32,000 nucleotides of DNA from Erysipelotrichaceae bacterium. Lineage in GTDB: Bacteria; Bacillota_I; Bacilli_A; Erysipelotrichales; Erysipelotrichaceae. The stretch spans positions 1,740,001-1,772,000 of the forward strand of contig OY781039.1 of assembly GCA_963676105.1 (NCBI GenBank), in the 5' to 3' direction. The notes under the pieces were generated by a model. It was not told the origin of the DNA. It saw nothing but the letters and a program-made list of their open reading frames with translations, and made no database searches. Below, piece by piece: positions 24,314 through 31,988 of this stretch; position 1 is the first letter of the stretch, and each line of letters opens with the position of its first letter. A program made the translations under genes and the position numbers.

Positions 24314-25288
24314 TTAGATTTCAAGGTAGCTTGCGCCCCAGGCTAAACCTGCGCCAAAGCCAACCAAGATTACTTTCTGTCCTTTTTTAAGAACACCTTT
24401 GTTCTTCATTTCTGCTAGAGCAATCGGAATCGTTGCGCTAGATGTATTTCCGTATTCTTGTAGATTGGTATAAAACTTATCTTCAGCAAAGCCCATTTTC
24501 TTAGCCACATGGCTTAAGATTCTTAGATTTGCTTGATGAGGAATAATCCAATCAATATCATCCAATGTTTTATTTGCTTGAGCTAAGACTTGATTAATCG
24601 CATCAGCCATCGCCACAACCGCAAATCTAAACACGGGTTGACCCTTCATTCTTAGATAACCAAAGTTTGCGGGGTGATTTTGAATAGAGGCATTGAGTGG
24701 AATTTTATCCGTTGTCAGAACGCCTTCTTCATCCCCTTTAGAATTTGCATAGTGATACCAATCACTCGCATCATCATCTTTTCGAAGAATCATGGCACCA
24801 GCCCCATCTCCAAAGAGGACACAGGTTGTTCGATCTTCATAATCTAAAATTTTACTTAAAGTTTCAGCTCCAATAATTAGGGCTGTTTTAACCATGCCAG
24901 AATTGATTAAGGCATGAGCTGTTTGTAGGGTTAAGACAAAACCCGTACATGCCCCATTGATGTCAAAGGCCATGACTTGTTTATCATTAATACCTAAACC
25001 TGCTTGAACAAGACCAGCCGTTGATGGCATTTGACCATCTGCCGAGAAGGTTGCGACTAGTATCGCATCTAATTCATCAGCTTCAATATTCGCATCTTTT
25101 AAGGCAGCTTGTGCCGCTTTAAGTGCTAAATCAGATGTATTTTCATTAATAGAGAAATAGCGTGATTGAATCCCTGTTCTTTCACGAATCCACTCATCTG
25201 AGGTATCAATGTATTTTGCCATGTCGTCATTAGTGACTAAATTATCTGGATGAGCTAAACCGTAACCTAAGACCTTTAAGCCTTTCAT
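24314..25288 (-). CDS. fabH: 3-oxoacyl-ACP synthase III
   Basis: 324 aa with the motifs NGACTGF (Cys), PHQANLRI (His) and GNTSSATIP (Asn). Confidence 0.93.
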   Translation of the reverse strand: MKGLKVLGYGLAHPDNLVTNDDMAKYIDTSDEWIRERTGIQSRYFSINENTSDLALKAAQAALKDANIEADELDAILVATFSADGQMPSTAGLVQAGLGINDKQVMAFDINGACTGFVLTLQTAHALINSGMVKTALIIGAETLSKILDYEDRTTCVLFGDGAGAMILRKDDDASDWYHYANSKGDEEGVLTTDKIPLNASIQNHPANFGYLRMKGQPVFRFAVVAMADAINQVLAQANKTLDDIDWIIPHQANLRILSHVAKKMGFAEDKFYTNLQEYGNTSSATIPIALAEMKNKGVLKKGQKVILVGFGAGLAWGASYLEI

Positions 25289-26082
25289 ACACGTTTACCC
25301 ACTTTTCTAAATTTGTCATAGCGTTGATTGACTAAAGCAGTCGTTGATAATTTGTTTAAATCAGTTAAATCTTTTCTTAGATAAGTTTTTATTTGATCTA
25401 AACTAGGTTTTGGATTGACCCCTAAACCTTCTTCAGCTTCAGTGATAATATGGTCAATTAAACCCTTATTATCTAAATCATAGGCTGTACATTCCATAAG
25501 TTCAGCCGCTTCTTGAGCACGACTTCCATCTTTCCATAAGATAGAAGCGAAACCTTCTGGTGAAAGAATTGAATAGATGGCATTTTCAAACATATAAATT
25601 CGATCAGCCACTGATAAAGCTAAAGCACCACCTGAGCCACCTTCGGATAAAACAATCGCAATTACTGGTGTTTTGAGTGATGAGAAGAAGCGTAAACTTT
25701 CCGCAATCGCTTGAGCTTGACCTCTTTCTTCTGCGCCTTTACCAGGATAAGCACCTGCAGTATCAATGATGGTAATAATAGGGCGTTTAAACTTTTCTGC
25801 TTGTGCAGCTAATCGCATTGCTTTACGATAGCCTTCAGGATTTAACATTCCAAAGTTACGTACCATGTTTTCTTCTAAGTTACGACCTTTAGATTGCGCT
25901 AAAACAGTAACTGGCATACCTTCAAATGTGGCTAAACCAGCTAGTAATGCTTTATCATCTCCAAAGTATCGATCCCCTGATAATTCAAAGAAATCATCAA
26001 AGAGTAAAGGAACGATATCGAGTGATTTAAGACGATTGGTTTTACGCGCTTCAGTAACGCGATCCCATGCGCTTTTAGTCAT
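25285..26082 (-). CDS. accA: Acetyl-CoA carboxylase carboxyltransferase alpha subunit (short form)
   Basis: 265 aa with NFGM..PEGYRKA, DTAGAYPG and EGGSGGALA. It lacks the ~50-aa N-terminal extension of E. coli AccA. Confidence 0.9.
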   Translation of the reverse strand: MTKSAWDRVTEARKTNRLKSLDIVPLLFDDFFELSGDRYFGDDKALLAGLATFEGMPVTVLAQSKGRNLEENMVRNFGMLNPEGYRKAMRLAAQAEKFKRPIITIIDTAGAYPGKGAEERGQAQAIAESLRFFSSLKTPVIAIVLSEGGSGGALALSVADRIYMFENAIYSILSPEGFASILWKDGSRAQEAAELMECTAYDLDNKGLIDHIITEAEEGLGVNPKPSLDQIKTYLRKDLTDLNKLSTTALVNQRYDKFRKVGKRV

Positions 26083-26083
26083 A

Positions 26084-26956
26084 CTATTTCGCTCCTTTCG
26101 TGTGCAATTTAATTAAGTTTGATAAGACTTTTCGTTGATCTTTACGATCAACAATCGCATCGACAAAACCTTTTTCTAAGACAAACTCTGCACTTTGGAA
26201 GTTTTCAGGTAATTGTTCAGAAATAGTTTTTTCAATAACGCGACGTCCTGCAAAACCAACGAGTGCTTTAGGTTCAGCTAAAATCACATCTCCTAACATC
26301 GCAAAGGATGCGGAAACACCACCGGTTGTTGGATGGGTTAAGACAACTGTATAGAATAATCCTTTTTGTGAGAATTTCTCTAAGGCAGCGGATGTTTTAA
26401 CCATTTGAAATAAAGACATGATGCCTTCTTGCATACGAGCACCACCTGAGGCAGTGAATATCACAAGCGGTAATTTTTTGCGTGTTGCGAGTTCAATTAA
26501 ACGAGTGATTTTTTCACCCACGATTTGACCCATAGATCCCATCATAAAAGAAGGATCCATAACGGCTATCGCAAGTCGTTGATCATCGATTTTTCCAAAT
26601 CCAGTCACAACCGCTTCATTTAAGCCACTATTTTTTGTATAACGTGCAAGTTTAAGGTTATAGTCAGGGAACTGATTAATACCTTTTGAATTCGCACGAG
26701 AATAAATTTCTTTAAAACTCTTTTCATCTAATAGGGTATCTAAACGATCATAAGCATTAACTTTAAAGTGATGATGACAGCTAGGACATGTATATACATG
26801 TTTAGCTAAATCAGAATGTGGGATTGGGTACTGACACTCAGGACAGACTTCTACATTCAGTTCATTTTCAGTCACTTCTTTATCTGTAGTTTTACGATCA
26901 AATAATTTTTGAAAGAGATTTAGTTTTTGTCTACGTTTCTGAAAGGGTTGATTCAC
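26084..26956 (-). CDS. accD: Acetyl-CoA carboxylase carboxyltransferase beta subunit
   Basis: 290 aa with an N-terminal zinc ribbon (CPECQ...CPSCHHH) and SGGARMQEG. It has a GTG start with SD GAGGAG and overlaps the 3' end of accC by 26 nt. Confidence 0.92.
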   Translation of the reverse strand: MNQPFQKRRQKLNLFQKLFDRKTTDKEVTENELNVEVCPECQYPIPHSDLAKHVYTCPSCHHHFKVNAYDRLDTLLDEKSFKEIYSRANSKGINQFPDYNLKLARYTKNSGLNEAVVTGFGKIDDQRLAIAVMDPSFMMGSMGQIVGEKITRLIELATRKKLPLVIFTASGGARMQEGIMSLFQMVKTSAALEKFSQKGLFYTVVLTHPTTGGVSASFAMLGDVILAEPKALVGFAGRRVIEKTISEQLPENFQSAEFVLEKGFVDAIVDRKDQRKVLSNLIKLHTKGAK

Positions 26957-28307
26957 GTTGTTTTAACTCCTCGATCCAACCAGCTGCAAAATCTGTGGTA
27001 TAACGACCACCGATAAAGCCTGGTGAATGCATGGTGAAGTAACAAAACTCCACGTTATTATCGATGCCCTCTATGATGAATTCTTCTAATGCAGCGCGCA
27101 TTTTCTTAATCGCATTGAGTCGAGTATCACCCATGACGATTAGTTTTGCGATCATAGAATCATAGAAAGGCGGTAATTTATAACCGGTATAGATGGCAGA
27201 GTCCACACGGACATCTTTGCCACCTGGCATATGTGAGAAAGATATTTGACCAGCTGAAGGTTTGAAATCATTTCTGAAATCTTCAGCATTGATACGACAT
27301 TCAATCGCGTGACCTAATATCTTGATATCTTCTTGATTAAGTGAGAGATGTAAACCTGAGGCAACTTTAATCATGTTTTTAATTAAATCGACCCCTGTAA
27401 TCATCTCTGTAACAGGATGTTCTACCTGGATACGGGTATTCATTTCCATAAAATGGTGATGACCTTCAGCATCCATTAGAAATTCTACTGTTCCGGCACT
27501 GTCATAACCCACTGCCTCTGCAGCCTTAAGTGCATCACGGCAGATTTCTTCACGTTTTTCGTGAGAGAGCATATGACATGGTGCTTCCTCAATGACTTTT
27601 TGGTGTCGTCTTTGGAAAGAACAGTCTCTTTCATATAAGTGAAGGACTTTACCATATTTATCGGCAAGTATTTGAACCTCGATGTGTTTGGCGGCATCGT
27701 GCATTTTTTCAATGTAGAGACCATCATCACCGAAGTAGTTTTGAGCTTCTTGTTTAAGAATAGGGTATGCATCTTTGAAGCCTTGTTCATCGTCAATACG
27801 ACGAATCCCACGACCTCCACCACCTGCAGCAGCTTTCAACATAATTGGATAGCCGACTTCAGCAGCTTGTTTTATACCTTCTTCTACTGAACTTAATAGT
27901 TCAATAGATCCAGCGATGATTGGCACATTCGCTTTGTGCATGATTTGACGAGCATTGATTTTATTTCCCATCATATCAATGACCTTTGAACTAGGACCAA
28001 TCCAAATTAAACCCATGTCTTCGACTAAACGGGCAAAATGAGCATTTTCAGATAAAAATCCGAAACCTGGATGAATGGCATCACAGCCACTTAAATGAGC
28101 GGCTGTGAGTATATTATTCATATTTAAATAGGAATCTTTGGATAAAGCAGAACCTACGCAGTAGGCTTCATCCGCTAATTGAACATGTAAAGAATCGCGA
28201 TCAGCTTCAGAATAAATCGCAACAGCTTTTATTCCAATGTCTTTACAAGCTCGAATGATACGGACTGCAATTTCTCCACGATTCGCAATCAGTACTTTAT
28301 GGATCAT
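26931..28307 (-). CDS. accC: Biotin carboxylase
   Basis: 458 aa. The N-terminus is KVLIANRGEIAVRIIRAC, followed by ATP-grasp motifs and EMNTRIQVEHPVTE. Confidence 0.95.
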   Translation of the reverse strand: MIHKVLIANRGEIAVRIIRACKDIGIKAVAIYSEADRDSLHVQLADEAYCVGSALSKDSYLNMNNILTAAHLSGCDAIHPGFGFLSENAHFARLVEDMGLIWIGPSSKVIDMMGNKINARQIMHKANVPIIAGSIELLSSVEEGIKQAAEVGYPIMLKAAAGGGGRGIRRIDDEQGFKDAYPILKQEAQNYFGDDGLYIEKMHDAAKHIEVQILADKYGKVLHLYERDCSFQRRHQKVIEEAPCHMLSHEKREEICRDALKAAEAVGYDSAGTVEFLMDAEGHHHFMEMNTRIQVEHPVTEMITGVDLIKNMIKVASGLHLSLNQEDIKILGHAIECRINAEDFRNDFKPSAGQISFSHMPGGKDVRVDSAIYTGYKLPPFYDSMIAKLIVMGDTRLNAIKKMRAALEEFIIEGIDNNVEFCYFTMHSPGFIGGRYTTDFAAGWIEELKQRESTLSET

Positions 28308-28308
28308 C

Positions 28309-28752
28309 TTAGGCTCCTAATTCAATCAAACGTTGATTGAATTCAACCATGCCACCATTATCAACTAAGATTGATTTAACAGTTCCATCGCATGGTGCTT
28401 TGATTTCGTTCATGACTTTCATCGCTTCAACTAAGCAAACCACTTCACCTTTTTTAACAAATTGTCCGACTTCCACATAAGGTTTTGCTTGTGGATTTGG
28501 GGCAGTGTAAAAAGTACCGACTAACGGCGCAGTTACATAGTTAGAATCATCGACTTCAGCTACCGCAACAGCTTCAGTACCTGTAGCAGTAGGCGCAACC
28601 ATTGCAGGTTGTGCAGCAGCCACTTGAGTAATCAATTGTTGAGTGCTCTCTTTCTTTAATAAGACGCGATGACCATCTTCTTCAATTTCAAGTTCATGTA
28701 CACCGCTTTTTTCAAAAACGGCAATCAGTTTTTTAAGTTCTGTTAGATCCAT
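28309..28752 (-). CDS. accB: Biotin carboxyl carrier protein
   Basis: 147 aa with an Ala/Pro/Thr-rich linker and the biotinylation motif EAMKVMNEI. Confidence 0.93.
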   Translation of the reverse strand: MDLTELKKLIAVFEKSGVHELEIEEDGHRVLLKKESTQQLITQVAAAQPAMVAPTATGTEAVAVAEVDDSNYVTAPLVGTFYTAPNPQAKPYVEVGQFVKKGEVVCLVEAMKVMNEIKAPCDGTVKSILVDNGGMVEFNQRLIELGA

Positions 28753-28779
28753 AAAAGTTCTCCTTAATCTAATAATTGT

Positions 28780-29007
28780 TTAAGCTTTTTTTGCGTTAAC
28801 GATATCAACGATGTCTTGAACAGTTACAAGATTAACAAGTTCTTCGTCTTCAATGCGAACATCAAATTCTGTTTCAAGTTCTAATGCAAGTTCAACAGCT
28901 GATAAAGAATCGATATCTAAATCTTCACGGATTTTTGCTTCAGGTGTAACTGCAGCTGGGTCTACGTGAATTGCATTCACTAAAACATTTTTAATTTGTT
29001 CAAACAT
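28780..29007 (-). CDS. acpP: Acyl carrier protein
   Basis: 75 aa, acidic, with the phosphopantetheine-attachment motif DLDIDSLSAVEL. RBS is GAGAGGAGAA. Confidence 0.93.
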   Translation of the reverse strand: MFEQIKNVLVNAIHVDPAAVTPEAKIREDLDIDSLSAVELALELETEFDVRIEDEELVNLVTVQDIVDIVNAKKA

Positions 29008-29091
29008 AAAATTCTCCTCTCGCCACTTTGGCGTTTGCCCTTAGGCACATCGATAGTTTATTAAGATGAGAAAGACACAACAAGTTCAAAT

Positions 29092-29111
29092 TGTGAAAAA
29101 GATGTGAAAAG
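29092..29111. promoter_or_regulatory. Tandem direct repeats TGTGAAAAA / TGTGAAAAG upstream of acpP
   Basis: The copies at 29092-29100 and 29103-29111 have starts 11 bp apart. On the minus strand they read cTTTTCACAtcTTTTTCACAAtTTGAAC, abutting a -35-like TTGAAC. A degenerate copy TGTGCAAAAA lies at 29143-29152. Confidence 0.4.
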
Positions 29112-29162
29112 AGTGATTTTTTACTAAGTCAGGTCTTTTGAATGTGCAAAAAACGAAGTAAG

Positions 29163-29191
29163 TTGTGAAAAATACTGGTATAATTTCACAA
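29163..29191. promoter_or_regulatory. Palindrome TTGTGAAA-N13-TTTCACAA overlapping the birA -10
   Basis: The 8-bp perfect arms (29163-29170 and 29184-29191) bracket the extended -10 TGgTATAAT (29176-29184). The arms use the same TGTGAAA word as the upstream direct repeats. Confidence 0.5.
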
Positions 29192-29974
29192 ATGAAAGAA
29201 ATCAAAATTCCACTTTTGGACCCAAAAAGACTCAATAATGAACTAAAATTGATGGATTTTAGGATAAATATTGTAGATTCATGTCCAAGTACTAATGATG
29301 AACTCAAAAAACAGATTGATTCACTTAGACATAAAACAGTTTTGTTAACGGAAGAACAGACTGCAGGAAAAGGACGCCAAAATAGACAATTCATATCTAA
29401 TAAATCAAAGGGAATTTATTGTTCACTATTATGGAAAATGAAATTCGATCCTCAACAAGTGCGTTGGTTTTCTTTAATGTCATCATTCGCAATCGGGGAT
29501 GCATTAAGAAAACAAACCGGACTCGACATTCAAATTAAATGGCCAAACGATCTATATATTAATAAGAAGAAATGTGCAGGCATCTTGATAGAAAGCGAAA
29601 TAAGTTCTGATCAAAAAGACATTAGTTTAGTCTGTGGTTTTGGGATAAACGTTTATCATCAAGTCTTTAATAATGAATTAGATACTAAAGTTACATCAAT
29701 CGAAGATCACTATGATAAGGGTTTAGACCGCAATGATTTAATCATTGAAATCTTAAAATCATTGAATCATTATTTATCAAGACCTTATACACAAGCCTCA
29801 AAAACTTTATATGAGAAATATTTAATCTTGCCGAATACTTTTTTAAATATTGAACATCATGGAATGGTATTTAAGGCAAAACTTAATGGCATCAATGAAG
29901 ATGGTTATATGGAATGCATAAAAGAAAACGGAGAGCACATGGTACTATCCGTTGAAGAAATTCATTTTGTTTGA
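29192..29974 (+). CDS. birA: Biotin--[acetyl-CoA-carboxylase] ligase, class I (no N-terminal HTH)
   Basis: It carries GKGRQNRQFIS (the GRGRxGRxW-type biotin loop) and KWPNDLYINKKKCAGILIE. The ATG at 29192 lies 7 nt after the -10. The ORF-track alternative is GTG at 29165. At about 260 aa it is too short to include a DNA-binding domain. Confidence 0.85.
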   Translation: MKEIKIPLLDPKRLNNELKLMDFRINIVDSCPSTNDELKKQIDSLRHKTVLLTEEQTAGKGRQNRQFISNKSKGIYCSLLWKMKFDPQQVRWFSLMSSFAIGDALRKQTGLDIQIKWPNDLYINKKKCAGILIESEISSDQKDISLVCGFGINVYHQVFNNELDTKVTSIEDHYDKGLDRNDLIIEILKSLNHYLSRPYTQASKTLYEKYLILPNTFLNIEHHGMVFKAKLNGINEDGYMECIKENGEHMVLSVEEIHFV

Positions 29975-30891
29975 TGTGCTTTAACATCATCGAGCACGCG
30001 TTGATAAAAGTAACCTTCACGTACACCATAGGATGATAATCTAAAGCTTTGTGCTTTAATTTTTTTCATGAGTTCAAATAGAATTAGTGAACCAGGAATG
30101 AGTGTTGTTAAACGCTCAGGGACTTGGTTTACAATCACTTCAGCTAAAGCTTTTGGGTCTTCGGTGGCTGAGTCCATAAATTGATTAAGAATGTCATAAG
30201 ACATCTGCATATCATAAATAGATTGTTGAATATCATATTTAGCTTGATGGACACGCATAAGAGCACGTGCTGATCCACCAATGCCAAACATGGTCTCAAC
30301 TTCGATTTTATCTAACCAATCGATTTGTGCTAATAAATTTTGAATCTCAATACGCATTAACATCATTTCACCATTGCTTGGTAAAATCTCTTGAACATGA
30401 TTGATATAAGTATTTAAACTACCCATTGGGATTGAGACAGTATGTATCGCTTTGTCGTGTTTGAAATACGTAATTTCAGTGGATGCGCCACCAACATCAA
30501 CACTGACACCTTCGATAGGAAGTTCAATATTTCTTTTTAAACCTTCAAAACCATAGATGCTTTCTTCTTTCGCATCCAATAAATCAATCTTATGTTGGAT
30601 GGCATCTTCAATCTGAGTTTTAACAGCTTCTGAATTTTGAATGTTACGAACAGATGCAGTTGCGAAGATATGAAGTTCAACAACATCTTTAGTACGTGCG
30701 ATCATCATCAGTTCTTTAAGATTTTCAATAATGGTTTCTATACCCATTTTGCTCATTTGTCCATCAACGATGTACTTGGCACTTTGAGCTTGTCTTTTGA
30801 TATTAGTGGTTTTTAAAAGACTTTGACCATCCCAGGTATAAACAACTAAACGAATTGTGTTTGATCCTAGGTCAATAATTCCAATACGCAT
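29962..30891 (-). CDS. Ppx/GppA-family phosphatase (exopolyphosphatase / pppGpp phosphohydrolase-like)
   Basis: 309 aa. The N-terminal ASKHA phosphate-1 motif is IGIIDLGSNTIRLVVY, and there is a second motif VDVGGASTE. RBS is GAGGA. Confidence 0.85.
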   Translation of the reverse strand: MRIGIIDLGSNTIRLVVYTWDGQSLLKTTNIKRQAQSAKYIVDGQMSKMGIETIIENLKELMMIARTKDVVELHIFATASVRNIQNSEAVKTQIEDAIQHKIDLLDAKEESIYGFEGLKRNIELPIEGVSVDVGGASTEITYFKHDKAIHTVSIPMGSLNTYINHVQEILPSNGEMMLMRIEIQNLLAQIDWLDKIEVETMFGIGGSARALMRVHQAKYDIQQSIYDMQMSYDILNQFMDSATEDPKALAEVIVNQVPERLTTLIPGSLILFELMKKIKAQSFRLSSYGVREGYFYQRVLDDVKAHQTK

Positions 30892-30954
30892 ATGATCCTC
30901 GATTCTACATCAAGTAAAACTTGGTGGGATAATATCATTTTAGTACAAATATCT

Positions 30955-30982
30955 TTGATATTCGTAAAAAAGTGCTTACAAT
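30955..30982 (+). promoter_or_regulatory. Promoter of the LacI-family gene (leaderless layout)
   Basis: TTGATA (30955-30960), a 16-bp spacer and TACAAT (30977-30982). Only 6 nt (agaagc) separate the -10 from the ATG at 30989, and there is no SD. Confidence 0.5.
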
Positions 30983-30988
30983 AGAAGC

Positions 30989-31969
30989 ATGATTAATATT
31001 AAAGAGATAGCAAAGAAGGCTAACGTTGGTGTTGGAACCGTTTCCAGGGTTATTAATAATTCAGGGTATGTTTCTCAAAAGACACGTGAGAAGGTTGAAA
31101 AGGTTATAGCTGAAACGGGTTATCACTCAAATGAAATCGCTCGAAGCATGAGTACACAACACAATAATATTGTGGCTTTTCTATTGCCTAACTCTACGCA
31201 TTATTTCTTTGGTAGTTTAATTCATGAGGTTGAACAAGAACTTTATCGCAAAGGTTATCACCTAATGTTATGTCAATCATCTGAACAATTAGAAAAAGAA
31301 ATTATTTATATTGATTTATTAAAAAAACGACGTGTTGATGGGATTATTCTTTTATCCAATAATGATATTGAAGATTACTTAAATGAAACTATGCCAATTG
31401 TAACCTTTGACCGTAAGTTTGATTTTTTACCTTATGTAGCTTCTGATAACTACCAAGGTGGTGTTTTAGCTGCACAACGTTTAATTAAACAAGGTTGTAA
31501 ACATTTTGCCTTTGTCGGGGATGATGCACAAGGTGAACATACTAGTGTTAAAACAGATGTTAGTAATCGACGCCACGGATTTATTGAAGAATTAAAGCGT
31601 CAAGGAGTAGAGAGTATCCTTAATGTTGAATATCCATTAGGTGATTATAATTATGTCCCTGACTATGTTTACGATACGATCCTAGAACATACAGAACTGG
31701 ATGGAATTTTCTGTAATAATGACAACATTGCTTCAGAAATCGTTATGCATTTAGAGAGTAGTAATAAAAGTGTTCCACAAGATGTCAAGGTTATAGGCTT
31801 TGATGGTGGTGCCTACGGATTTAATTTGGGTCGAAATATTACGTCCATTGTTCAAGATACTCATGAGCTATCAATCGCTTTAGTCGCAAGTTTAATTGAT
31901 CTTATGAAAAAACGAAAAACCAGTAATAAAATAGTGCCAGTTAGTCTTTCTGATGGTGAAACTGGCTAA
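30989..31969 (+). CDS. LacI/GalR-family transcriptional regulator
   Basis: 326 aa with the N-terminal HTH IKEIAKKANVGVGTVSRVINNSGYVSQKTREKV and a periplasmic-binding-protein-like sugar-binding core. Confidence 0.9.
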   Translation: MINIKEIAKKANVGVGTVSRVINNSGYVSQKTREKVEKVIAETGYHSNEIARSMSTQHNNIVAFLLPNSTHYFFGSLIHEVEQELYRKGYHLMLCQSSEQLEKEIIYIDLLKKRRVDGIILLSNNDIEDYLNETMPIVTFDRKFDFLPYVASDNYQGGVLAAQRLIKQGCKHFAFVGDDAQGEHTSVKTDVSNRRHGFIEELKRQGVESILNVEYPLGDYNYVPDYVYDTILEHTELDGIFCNNDNIASEIVMHLESSNKSVPQDVKVIGFDGGAYGFNLGRNITSIVQDTHELSIALVASLIDLMKKRKTSNKIVPVSLSDGETG

Positions 31970-31988
31970 ATTTTCACATAGTAAGTAT

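Noticed and set aside
27485-27890. ORFs of 112 aa (minus strand, alternative frame) and 83 aa (plus strand) inside accC.
   Set aside because: They are fully embedded in the well-supported biotin carboxylase gene. They have no RBS and no recognisable motifs. The same reasoning applies to the small alternative-frame or antisense ORFs inside gltB, gltD, fabK, fabD, accA and the M20 gene (for example 9194-9400, 11188-11451, 12838-13080, 14021-14212, 16978-17226, 21407-21622 and 24102-24317).
29086-29394. A 102-aa minus-strand ORF spanning the acpP-birA intergenic region and the birA 5' end.
   Set aside because: It overlaps the birA coding sequence in antisense and covers the promoter and operator region. 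It is hydrophobic and low-complexity, with no RBS. I judge it to be spurious.
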